Shown here one piece after another: positions 45,434 to 53,167 of a stretch of 55,859 nucleotides of DNA; within the stretch, counting starts at the first letter, position 1; every line of letters begins with the position of its first letter. Source of the DNA: Candidatus Zambryskibacteria bacterium RIFCSPLOWO2_02_FULL_39_26 (GTDB lineage Bacteria > Patescibacteriota > Minisyncoccia > Phycocordibacterales > DATDWN01); NCBI GenBank assembly GCA_001825395.1, contig MHWN01000005.1:1-55859 (forward strand). The letters run 5' to 3'. The notes beneath the pieces are model-generated. The model was not told the origin of the DNA. It searched no databases and saw nothing but the letters and a program-made list of their open reading frames with translations. Position numbers and translations under genes: made by a program.

Positions 45434-45520
45434 GTGGGTGCGTTTTATAGGATTGCTTTGCAATAATGTGGGCGTATCAACAACGAATGTTAGGAAGAGG
45501 GCCACTTCGGTGGCCTTTTT
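45434..45520 (+). ncRNA. candidate ~87-nt small RNA (promoter TGGTATGAT at 45419-45427, terminator 45500-45520)
   Basis: Extended -10 followed ~75 nt later by GGCCAC-TTCG-GTGGCC-TTTTT. Internal ATTGC-TTT-GCAAT hairpin. Repeated ATGTGGG(T/C)G. No RBS. Confidence 0.35.
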
Positions 45521-45568
45521 CCGTACTTGATTTTTAACCATATAAGTCTAAAATTAAATTGTTGTTCT

Positions 45569-45636
45569 GATGGTTGGTTAGCGGTTCGCACTCACGTATT
45601 CATTCGTTGGAGGTTCGCTTCCGCTAACCAACCATC
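45569..45636 (+). other. 68-nt hairpin with a perfect 16-bp stem and a 36-nt loop
   Basis: GATGGTTGGTTAGCGG...CCGCTAACCAACCATC. The loop carries two GGTTCGC motifs. Confidence 0.8.
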
Positions 45637-45646
45637 GGCGCAAATA

Positions 45647-45672
45647 AAAATTCTGTTAAACGCAGAATTTTT
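45647..45672 (+). terminator. terminator-like hairpin abutting the secA promoter
   Basis: AAAATTCTG-TTAAACG-CAGAATTTT followed by TG. Confidence 0.5.
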
Positions 45673-45692
45673 GTGTTATAATCCAGCTTATC

Positions 45693-48209
45693 ATGTCGTT
45701 TTTAAGCCAGTTATTTGGCGATGATTCATCCAAAATTTTGAAAGAGCTTAGTCCAATAATTGCTAAAATTAACTCTCTGGAGAATGATCTTTCAGTTCTG
45801 CCTAACGATGTCTTGAAAGCCAAAACTGCCGAATTTAAAAATCGTTTTAAAGCCGGGGAGAACCTGGATGATTTATTGCCGGAGGCTTTTGCTGTTGTTC
45901 GTGAAGCCTCCAAGAGGTGCCGAGGCGAACGGCATTTTGATGTTCAGCTTATGGGAGGGATTATCTTACACCGCGGGGGCATTTCCGAAATGAAAACCGG
46001 AGAAGGAAAAACGCTGGTAGCCACTTTGCCGGCTTATCTTAATTCTCTGACAGGTCTTGGCGTTCACGTTGTAACGGTCAATGATTATCTTTCCAGGCGT
46101 GACGCCGTTTGGATGGGAGAAATTTATTCTTTTTTGGGAGTTTCAGTCGGGGTTTTAAATCACGAGGAATCTTTTTTATACGACCCGGCTCATACAAGCG
46201 AGCTTGATAAAGAAAGAGACAAAGTGGCCTCGTTTAAAGTAGTCAATGAATTTTTACGACCTTGCACTCGCCGCGAAGCCTATCGTGCCGATATTACTTA
46301 TGGGACAAACAATGAATATGGTTTTGACTATTTAAGAGACAATCTTGAGTATGAAGAACAAAATTTGCGACAAAAAGAGCCGAATTACGCCATTGTTGAT
46401 GAAATAGATTCCATCTTAATTGACGAAGCTCGCACCCCGCTCATTATTTCCGCTCCGACAACCGATTCGGAGGATTTGTATAATCGTTTTGCTGACATCG
46501 CTATGAAACTTGAGAAGGGTCAGCATTACACCGTTGATGAGAAATTTAAATCAATAGCCTTGACTGATTCTGGAATAAGCAAGGCCGAGGAACTTTTGGA
46601 TGTGGAAAATATTTACACAGAAAAAGGTATTAAATATGTTCATCACTTGGAAACGGCCGTTCGGGCCAGGGCCTTGTTTAAAAAAGATAAAGATTATGTG
46701 GTCAAAGACGGGGAAGTGGTGATTGTGGACGAATTTACCGGACGGCTTCAGCCCGGACGACGCTGGTCCGAGGGCTTACATCAAGCCATTGAAGCCAAAG
46801 AACATGTTTCAATACAAAAAGAATCCAAAACTTTTGCTTCCATCACCTTTCAAAATTATTTCCGGCTTTACAAAAAACTTTCCGGCATGACCGGCACAGC
46901 CATGACTTCCAAGGAAGAGTTTTACAAAGTCTATGGTTTAAATGTCGTGGCTATTCCCACTAATATGTCAAATGCCAGGCTAGATCAAAATGATCTTATT
47001 TTTCAAACCGAAGTCGGAAAATTTAGGGCCATTTCTCGGGAAGTCAAAGAACGTCACAACAAAGGCCAGCCAATTTTAATCGGCACGGTTTCCATTGAGA
47101 AAAACGAAATGTTGTCTGAATTTTTGAAAGCCGAAGGAGTGCCACACGAAATTTTAAATGCCAAAAATCACGGACGAGAAGGTGAAATTATCGCTCAAGC
47201 CGGGCGTCCTTCTGCCGTAACTATTGCCACTAATATGGCCGGAAGAGGAGTGGATATAAAACTAGGTGGCAATCCAGGAAGCAAGGAAGATTATGAGAAA
47301 GTCAAATCATTTGGTGGACTTTTCGTTCTTGGAACTGAACGACATGATGCTAGACGAATTGACAACCAATTGCGGGGACGATCTGGACGACAAGGCGATC
47401 CGGGTCAGACCCAATTTTTTGTGTCGCTTGATGACCATTTGATGCGGGTTTTCGGCGGAGATTCCATAAAAAATATGATGGGTAAGGTTGGTATCAAAGA
47501 AGACGAACCGATTGAAAACCGAATGATTACTCGCTCACTTGAGAGCGCCCAGCAAAAAATAGAAGGGTTTAATTTTGACGCCAGAAAACATGTTCTGGAA
47601 TTTGACGATGTTTTGAATTATCAGCGAAAAATTTTTTACGGAAGAAGGCGAGATATTTTACTTGGGAGTGAAGACAAGGTCAAATCATACATTGGAGACA
47701 TTTTAGTTGGTTCACCTGATTCAGAAAAAGAGTTAATCGAAAAAAAAATATCCGAGGCAAACGAGGGTTATATTTTAATATTACGCAGAGTTATTTTACA
47801 GGCCATGGATATGTATTGGGTGGAACATTTGGAAGTGATGGATTATATGAGGTCTAGCGTCAATCTCCGAGCTTACGGCCAGAGAGATCCTCTAGTTGAG
47901 TACAAAAAGGAAGGTTTGATACTTTTCAAAAATATGGAATTTTCTATCAGGCAGGAGATTTTGAAACTTATTCCACAAATTCAATCTGCAGTTAAGTTTT
48001 ATAACGCGCCGGTCAAGTTGATCGAAACTCGGGAAAATGCCGAAGAAATAACCGCCCAATCTAAAAATATTTCTCAAGTTATCCATAAAACTCCAAGCGG
48101 TCAAAAAATCGGTAGAAACGACCCATGTTTCTGCGGTTCCGAAAAAAAGTACAAGAAGTGTGGTGAACTTAATACGGAAGAGCATCAGAGGTTCTTGGCA
48201 AATAAATAA
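45693..48209 (+). CDS. secA: preprotein translocase ATPase SecA
   Basis: 838 aa. MKTGEGKTLVATLPAYLN, DEIDSILIDEARTPLIIS, TNMAGRGVDIKLGG and the C-terminal Zn motif CFCGSEKKYKKCG. Confidence 0.97.
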   Translation: MSFLSQLFGDDSSKILKELSPIIAKINSLENDLSVLPNDVLKAKTAEFKNRFKAGENLDDLLPEAFAVVREASKRCRGERHFDVQLMGGIILHRGGISEMKTGEGKTLVATLPAYLNSLTGLGVHVVTVNDYLSRRDAVWMGEIYSFLGVSVGVLNHEESFLYDPAHTSELDKERDKVASFKVVNEFLRPCTRREAYRADITYGTNNEYGFDYLRDNLEYEEQNLRQKEPNYAIVDEIDSILIDEARTPLIISAPTTDSEDLYNRFADIAMKLEKGQHYTVDEKFKSIALTDSGISKAEELLDVENIYTEKGIKYVHHLETAVRARALFKKDKDYVVKDGEVVIVDEFTGRLQPGRRWSEGLHQAIEAKEHVSIQKESKTFASITFQNYFRLYKKLSGMTGTAMTSKEEFYKVYGLNVVAIPTNMSNARLDQNDLIFQTEVGKFRAISREVKERHNKGQPILIGTVSIEKNEMLSEFLKAEGVPHEILNAKNHGREGEIIAQAGRPSAVTIATNMAGRGVDIKLGGNPGSKEDYEKVKSFGGLFVLGTERHDARRIDNQLRGRSGRQGDPGQTQFFVSLDDHLMRVFGGDSIKNMMGKVGIKEDEPIENRMITRSLESAQQKIEGFNFDARKHVLEFDDVLNYQRKIFYGRRRDILLGSEDKVKSYIGDILVGSPDSEKELIEKKISEANEGYILILRRVILQAMDMYWVEHLEVMDYMRSSVNLRAYGQRDPLVEYKKEGLILFKNMEFSIRQEILKLIPQIQSAVKFYNAPVKLIETRENAEEITAQSKNISQVIHKTPSGQKIGRNDPCFCGSEKKYKKCGELNTEEHQRFLANK

Positions 48210-48216
48210 ATAGTAT

Positions 48217-48675
48217 ATGGAGCATGTGGCAATAATGAGAAAATCGTGGAGATTAACACAGAAGATTTTGAGTGGCCAAAAAAAGATCGAATCTCGTTGG
48301 TATTCAGTAAAATATAGACCGTGGGATTGTATTAAGAAGGGTGAGACAATTTACTTTAAGGATTCTGGTGAACCAGTAAAAATAAGAACAAAGGTAAGAA
48401 AGGTCATACAATTATCCGACCTTACACCGAAAAAGGTTAGAAAACTATTAAATAAATATGGAAAAAATGATGGGCTAGAAAAAGAAAAAATTGTGGAATT
48501 TTTTGAGAGATTTAAAGATAAAAAATATTGTATACTTATTTTTCTAAAAAATCCGCAGAAAATTAAGCCGTTTGATCTTGATAAGACAGGATTTGGCGCA
48601 ATGTCAGCTTGGCTAACGATTGATGATGTCTCAAAAATAAAAATAACTTCACTAAAGCACGGTAAAAATCAGTAA
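48217..48675 (+). CDS. hypothetical protein, possibly ASCH-domain
   Basis: KILSGQKKIESRW resembles the ASCH G-x-K-x-x-E-x-R motif. Weak. Confidence 0.4.
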   Translation: MEHVAIMRKSWRLTQKILSGQKKIESRWYSVKYRPWDCIKKGETIYFKDSGEPVKIRTKVRKVIQLSDLTPKKVRKLLNKYGKNDGLEKEKIVEFFERFKDKKYCILIFLKNPQKIKPFDLDKTGFGAMSAWLTIDDVSKIKITSLKHGKNQ

Positions 48676-48763
48676 AAATTAACCAATAGAATACTTACAA
48701 ATAAAATATTTACAAAATACTAATATACTCATACTACTTTATATACTACAATATACTCATACT

Positions 48764-48807
48764 ACTTTAGCACAAAATGAGACGATCGTCTCATTTTGTG
48801 CTAAAGT
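48764..48807. promoter_or_regulatory. 44-bp perfect palindrome (putative operator) preceded by 19-bp direct repeats
   Basis: ACTTTAGCACAAAATGAGACGA|TCGTCTCATTTTGTGCTAAAGT. Direct repeats ATATACTCATACTACTTTA at 48723-48741 and 48751-48769. TGTATATAAT -10 follows immediately. Confidence 0.7.
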
Positions 48808-48825
48808 GTATATAATACATATATA

Positions 48826-49395
48826 ATGCATATGAATAATATGAATAGCAAGATAAATAATAAGGTTGATTTAAAAAAGGTTATTTTAAAAACAGTTGCT
48901 ACTGCAGGTGTCCTAGCCATGGCAATACTTGCGCCAAACGCAATTCAGATATTAAGGCCGTTTATAAAAAATAAGAGAAAATATAATTCAAAGTACTATT
49001 TAAATAAAAAAGCGAAAAAATTGATAGATGGCGGCTTTATTAAAATAGACATAAAAAATGGTAAGAGATTTCTTTCATTAACAGATAGAGGGGAAAGAGA
49101 ATTACTCTACTATCAAATAACAGAAAAGAAAAAATCAAAATGGGATGGCAAATGGAGAGTGGTAATTTTTGACGTTTGGGAAAATACCAGATATAAGAGA
49201 AATTTATTGCGAAACGAAATAAAAGATTTTGGGTTCGTCCAACTTCAACGCAGTGTCTGGATTTATCCGTATGAATGCGCCGATTTTATTGAATTACTCA
49301 AAACGGATTTATCATTTGGAAATAATATAAGATATATGGTTGTAGAAAAACTTGATCACGATGAAAATTTAAGGAAACGCTTTGGTATAAAGTAA
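48826..49395 (+). CDS. PaaX-like / Cas2-fold putative transcriptional regulator with N-terminal TM segment
   Basis: WDGKWRVVIFDVWENTRYKRNLLRNEIKDFGFVQLQRSVWIYP matches the PaaX-type (Cas2-like ferredoxin fold) core as I recall it. Confidence 0.5.
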   Translation: MHMNNMNSKINNKVDLKKVILKTVATAGVLAMAILAPNAIQILRPFIKNKRKYNSKYYLNKKAKKLIDGGFIKIDIKNGKRFLSLTDRGERELLYYQITEKKKSKWDGKWRVVIFDVWENTRYKRNLLRNEIKDFGFVQLQRSVWIYPYECADFIELLKTDLSFGNNIRYMVVEKLDHDENLRKRFGIK

Positions 49396-49523
49396 GTTGA
49401 TATAAGTAAATAAAGTAAATTCATCACATGCTACAAAATAGTGCGGTCGTCTTGTTTTGTGCTAATTATAAATTTATGATATTTATGATATTATTTAATA
49501 TATAAAAATAATATAAAAATATT

Positions 49524-49670
49524 GTGAAGAGTAAAAGTAAAAAATCCACTGAAATTCTAAATCATTTCAAATGCCGATATTGTAAAAAATGGTGGACCAT
49601 CAGTGATGCGCCAAAAGCTAAAAAAAGATGGTTTTGCACTTGGTGTGGTAAGGAAAATAAGTTTAGATAA
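49524..49670 (+). CDS. possible 48-aa zinc-ribbon protein (below the ORF-track cutoff)
   Basis: GTG-initiated ORF VKSKSKKSTEILNHFKCRYCKKWWTISDAPKAKKRWFCTWCGKENKFR with CxxC-x17-CxxC. No clear RBS. Confidence 0.3.
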   Translation: MKSKSKKSTEILNHFKCRYCKKWWTISDAPKAKKRWFCTWCGKENKFR

Positions 49671-49749
49671 AAAAATCTTGTATTAAATTGACTTGGTTTG
49701 ATTTTTGTACTAATATGATTTAAGAATTGCAATAGGAAAGGAGGCGGGA

Positions 49750-50250
49750 GTGGAGGATGAAAAGGCCCTGCTAATTGGCAGGAAGTTTGAAACCGAGCTT
49801 TTCGGTGAGATGCCTGTCCGGTCCCAAGTTCGGCCTGGGTATCTATCGCTTGAAAGAAGTATCCAGCAACAAGTCAAAAGCAATTGGAAGAGGTTTGGTA
49901 GGGCTATTGCGTCAGGCAGAGTAGACCACAATCCCTATGAGCCAGCTACCGGTAAACTGGACCTTGTATGGAAGGCTGTCAAAAGGGCCATTGAAAGGAA
50001 ATGGCCCAAGGATGATTACTGGCCAGTCCTTCTTTACACGGCGATCGGCACGAATTCTCTTGATTGGCATCACGGGGTTGATGCTTTCGTTTGGTGGAAC
50101 GGCGTCTTTGTTACCATTGACGCTTCCACTTATTACAAGGGGGAGAAAAAGGCTGATTTCATTTTGACTGCCGCTGAATTGCGCAAACCCAACCTTTCTT
50201 ATTTCGGACAGAGGGTGGCAAACCTTCTTATACGGAGAACTCAAGAATGA
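49750..50250 (+). CDS. hypothetical protein in a GC-rich orphan cassette
   Basis: GTG start 6 nt after a strong SD (GGAAAGGAGG). Promoter TTGACT-17-TAATAT at 49689-49717. About 53% GC in a hand-counted line. No family recognised. Confidence 0.5.
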   Translation: MEDEKALLIGRKFETELFGEMPVRSQVRPGYLSLERSIQQQVKSNWKRFGRAIASGRVDHNPYEPATGKLDLVWKAVKRAIERKWPKDDYWPVLLYTAIGTNSLDWHHGVDAFVWWNGVFVTIDASTYYKGEKKADFILTAAELRKPNLSYFGQRVANLLIRRTQE

Positions 50251-50270
50251 AAGTGAAACGGTAACCAATT

Positions 50271-50309
50271 TCCGGATTGAAACCTAAAAACTTCAATCCG
50301 GATTTTCTT
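50271..50309 (+). terminator. intrinsic terminator of the GC-rich cassette
   Basis: TCCGGATTGAA-(10 nt)-TTCAATCCGGA-TTTTCTT. Confidence 0.75.
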
Positions 50310-50365
50310 ATGGAATTATTTATTTTTTTGTGATAATCTAAAATATCAATAATAATTTAACACAA

Positions 50366-50746
50366 ATGAAAAAATACATTTATATCTTGATAATTTTAGC
50401 GGTTCTAGGGGGGATAATTTGGCTTGTTATGACCCCAGGTACTCCAGGGAAACTTGACGATTTTGCAAAGTGTCTAGGAGACAAAGGAGCGATATTTTAC
50501 GGTGCCTTCTGGTGTCCTCATTGTCAAGCCCAAAAAGCTCTATTTGGTAAATCTGCCAAGCTGCTACCTTATATTGAATGTTCCACACCGGACGGCAAAA
50601 GTCAGTTGCCGCTCTGTGTTGATAAAAATGTTACAAATTATCCAACTTGGCATTTTGCTACCACATCGGCCACACCGGACATCCTAACAGGGGAAATTCC
50701 ACTTGAAACTTTAGCCGAAAAAACCGGTTGCGTCCTACCACAATAA
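50366..50746 (+). CDS. membrane-anchored thioredoxin-like oxidoreductase (VKOR-associated Trx-type)
   Basis: N-terminal TM. YGAFWCPHCQAQKALFG CxxC motif resembling cyanobacterial VKOR Trx domains. Confidence 0.65.
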   Translation: MKKYIYILIILAVLGGIIWLVMTPGTPGKLDDFAKCLGDKGAIFYGAFWCPHCQAQKALFGKSAKLLPYIECSTPDGKSQLPLCVDKNVTNYPTWHFATTSATPDILTGEIPLETLAEKTGCVLPQ

Positions 50747-50759
50747 ATAAAACAAAAAT

Positions 50760-51320
50760 ATGGTCTTTTTCATTCAATCTTATGCAACGCCAATCATTGG
50801 ATTTTTGACACTTTTATCTAATATTATTTTTATTGTGGTTCTTCTGGTTATTTTGGCTCATGCCGGCTCCAAAGCAAAACTTTACCACTTTGTCCACAAA
50901 TACATCCTTGAATTGCTTTTCTTCGGCATTTTGTCCGCGGTAGTGGGTAGTCTTGTCTATTCCAATATCGTCGGGTTTCCTCCCTGCGATTTGTGCTGGT
51001 GGCAAAGAATTTTCATGTATCCTCAATTAATCATCGTGGCTTTGGCATATTACAGAAAAGATAAAGCGGTTATTGATTATCTCGTGCCGTTGTCCGTAAT
51101 CGGCGCAGTTGTAGCTCTCTATCAATCATTTGTGCAGTGGGGATTCTCGTTTGGTGTGGGGGGTGGTTGCATCGCTGTCGGTGGCGAATGTGCCAAAGTT
51201 TACTTCATGCAATACTCCTACATTACCATACCATTTATGTCTTTCACCGTGTTTGTTTACATAATAGCCATGAAATACATTTATTACAGCAGAAGCAAAC
51301 AAATCAGAAATGGCAAGTAG
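50760..51320 (+). CDS. disulfide bond formation protein B (DsbB/BdbC family)
   Basis: PPCDLCWWQRIFMYP and a second Cys pair GGGCIAVGGECAKV. Four TM segments. Confidence 0.8.
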   Translation: MVFFIQSYATPIIGFLTLLSNIIFIVVLLVILAHAGSKAKLYHFVHKYILELLFFGILSAVVGSLVYSNIVGFPPCDLCWWQRIFMYPQLIIVALAYYRKDKAVIDYLVPLSVIGAVVALYQSFVQWGFSFGVGGGCIAVGGECAKVYFMQYSYITIPFMSFTVFVYIIAMKYIYYSRSKQIRNGK

Positions 51321-52209
51321 AAAAAAAATTACAATAGTCACCCATAGTTCCAGTTTTCACACAGACGATATTTTTGCCGTTGCCACGCTATTATTAGTTT
51401 TGGAAAAAAACAATGATGTCACCGTGAAAAGATCTCGGGATGAACAAATAATCAATTCAGCTGATTATGTTGTTGATGTTGGGGGTGTTTATGACCCTGT
51501 TACAAACCGTTTCGATCATCATCAGGAAGGTGGAGCAGGTAAAAGAGAAAATGGAGTTCCGTACGCCTCCTTCGGATTAGTTTGGAAAAAGTTTGGGGAC
51601 AAGCTCTCGGGCAGTAAAGAAATAGCTGAAAAAATTGACCTTCAGATGGTTCAACCCGTCGATGCTCCCGACAATGGTTTCCAATTTTTAAAAAGTTCTA
51701 TTCCGGATTTATTTGCTCTTGATATTGGTTTTTTAACCAATATATTTACACCAACATGGAAAGAAAAAGAAAGAAATATTGACGAGGTTTTTATGAAATT
51801 GGTTTCTTATGCCCAAACAATATTGGATAGGGGAATTACCGTGGAGAAAAATGGACTTATAGCCAAGGAAATACTATTAGATACTTATAATAAAACCGAA
51901 GACAAAAGGATTATTTTTGTAGATGATAGTTATCCTTGGGAAGAAATGTTATCCAAATTTCCGGAACCTCTTTTTGTTGTTTATAAAAGCAGGGATAAAA
52001 ATTGGTCCATAAAAGGCATTAGAGATGATCGCCACTCTTTTAAACTTAGAAAAAAATTGCCGGAGGGCTGGGCAGGGAAGGAAAAAGAAGAACTTGAAAA
52101 AGTAACCGGCGTACCCGGTTCAATGTTCTGCCATAATAACTTATTTATGGCGGTGAACAAAACCAAAGAAGGTATTCTCAAAATGGCAGAGATTGCACTG
52201 AATTCCTAA
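51310..52209 (+). CDS. MYG1/UPF0160 family metal-dependent hydrolase
   Basis: ITIVTHSSSFHTDDIFAVA...RFDHHQ. Confidence 0.75.
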   Translation: MASRKKITIVTHSSSFHTDDIFAVATLLLVLEKNNDVTVKRSRDEQIINSADYVVDVGGVYDPVTNRFDHHQEGGAGKRENGVPYASFGLVWKKFGDKLSGSKEIAEKIDLQMVQPVDAPDNGFQFLKSSIPDLFALDIGFLTNIFTPTWKEKERNIDEVFMKLVSYAQTILDRGITVEKNGLIAKEILLDTYNKTEDKRIIFVDDSYPWEEMLSKFPEPLFVVYKSRDKNWSIKGIRDDRHSFKLRKKLPEGWAGKEKEELEKVTGVPGSMFCHNNLFMAVNKTKEGILKMAEIALNS

Positions 52210-52404
52210 ATAAATAGGCCAGGGATATAGAGAATAACCATGCTAATTATTATTAGCACGCAAATTATCCCCCAGAAGATTTTGAAGGCTTTTTTGTTTT
52301 TTTGTTGGAATAACATGGTAGAATTAGGTGAAAGTTAAAAGTCCATAAAGTCTGTAAAGTAAAATGCAATCGAGTCCTCTTTATAGACTTTCGACTTATT
52401 TATC

Positions 52405-52779
52405 ATGCTTGATTTTCAGCAAAAACGCAAGGTCAAGAGTTTTATGTATAACCGAGTAACTTTGGCAGTACTTTTGGTTGTCGTTTTATTTGTTCTGAAC
52501 TCTACTTGGTCAGTATATCAAAAAAAACGTGAAAGTGAGCGACTGAAAAATGTGGCTTTGGGGAATGTTGAAAATCTGCGAGGAAGAAACAGCGAACTTC
52601 AGGTAAAAATTGAGAGACTTGGCACAGAAGTGGGAATTGAGGAGGAAATAAGATCCAAATTCAATGTGGCTAAGCAAGAGGAGAACGCGGTCATTATTGT
52701 TCCAAAATCAGAAACAAACGCCACCTCAACCAATTCAAGCAGTTTTTGGCAAAAGGTTAAAAAATTTTTTGGGATGTAA
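52405..52779 (+). CDS. septum formation initiator family protein (FtsB/DivIC-like)
   Basis: One TM followed by a coiled coil, then GIEEEIRSKFNVAKQEENAVIIV. Confidence 0.6.
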   Translation: MLDFQQKRKVKSFMYNRVTLAVLLVVVLFVLNSTWSVYQKKRESERLKNVALGNVENLRGRNSELQVKIERLGTEVGIEEEIRSKFNVAKQEENAVIIVPKSETNATSTNSSSFWQKVKKFFGM

Positions 52780-52848
52780 TTTGGAGTTGCTCATAAAATT
52801 ATTTTTGGTATACTGATTTGACTAACATTAATTAAAATCCGTATCCAA

Positions 52849-53094
52849 ATGGTTAGTGCAAAAAAAGTCACCATGTATTCCACCCCGACCTGTCACTACT
52901 GCGCCCTAGCCAGAGAATTTTTTGATGCCAATAAAATTAAATACGAATCATATGACGTGGCCTCTAACATAGAGAAAAGGCGTGAAATGATGGAAAAATC
53001 AGGCCAGCTCGGAGTGCCGGTCATCACCATAAACGACAAAGTTGTTGTCGGTTTCAACAGGCCGCTTTTAGCGGAATTGTTAGAGATAAAATAA
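52849..53094 (+). CDS. glutaredoxin-like protein (NrdH/YruB-type)
   Basis: 81 aa. YSTPTCHYCALAREFF...GVPVITINDKVVVGFN. Confidence 0.8.
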   Translation: MVSAKKVTMYSTPTCHYCALAREFFDANKIKYESYDVASNIEKRREMMEKSGQLGVPVITINDKVVVGFNRPLLAELLEIK

Positions 53095-53167
53095 ACACAG
53101 TGTCATGTTTGTGAATAAAGCGATGCTGAACTAGTATTTTTTTACACTATCCATTATAATTTAGTGA

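Noticed and set aside
45527-45724. 65-aa + strand ORF upstream of and overlapping secA
   Set aside because: It reads straight through the 16-bp hairpin and the second hairpin, starts without an RBS, and overlaps the secA start. It is an artefact of the structured spacer.
48723-48807. CRISPR-like array
   Set aside because: There are only two 19-bp direct repeats with a 9-bp spacer, followed by a palindrome. There is no regular repeat-spacer series anywhere in the window.
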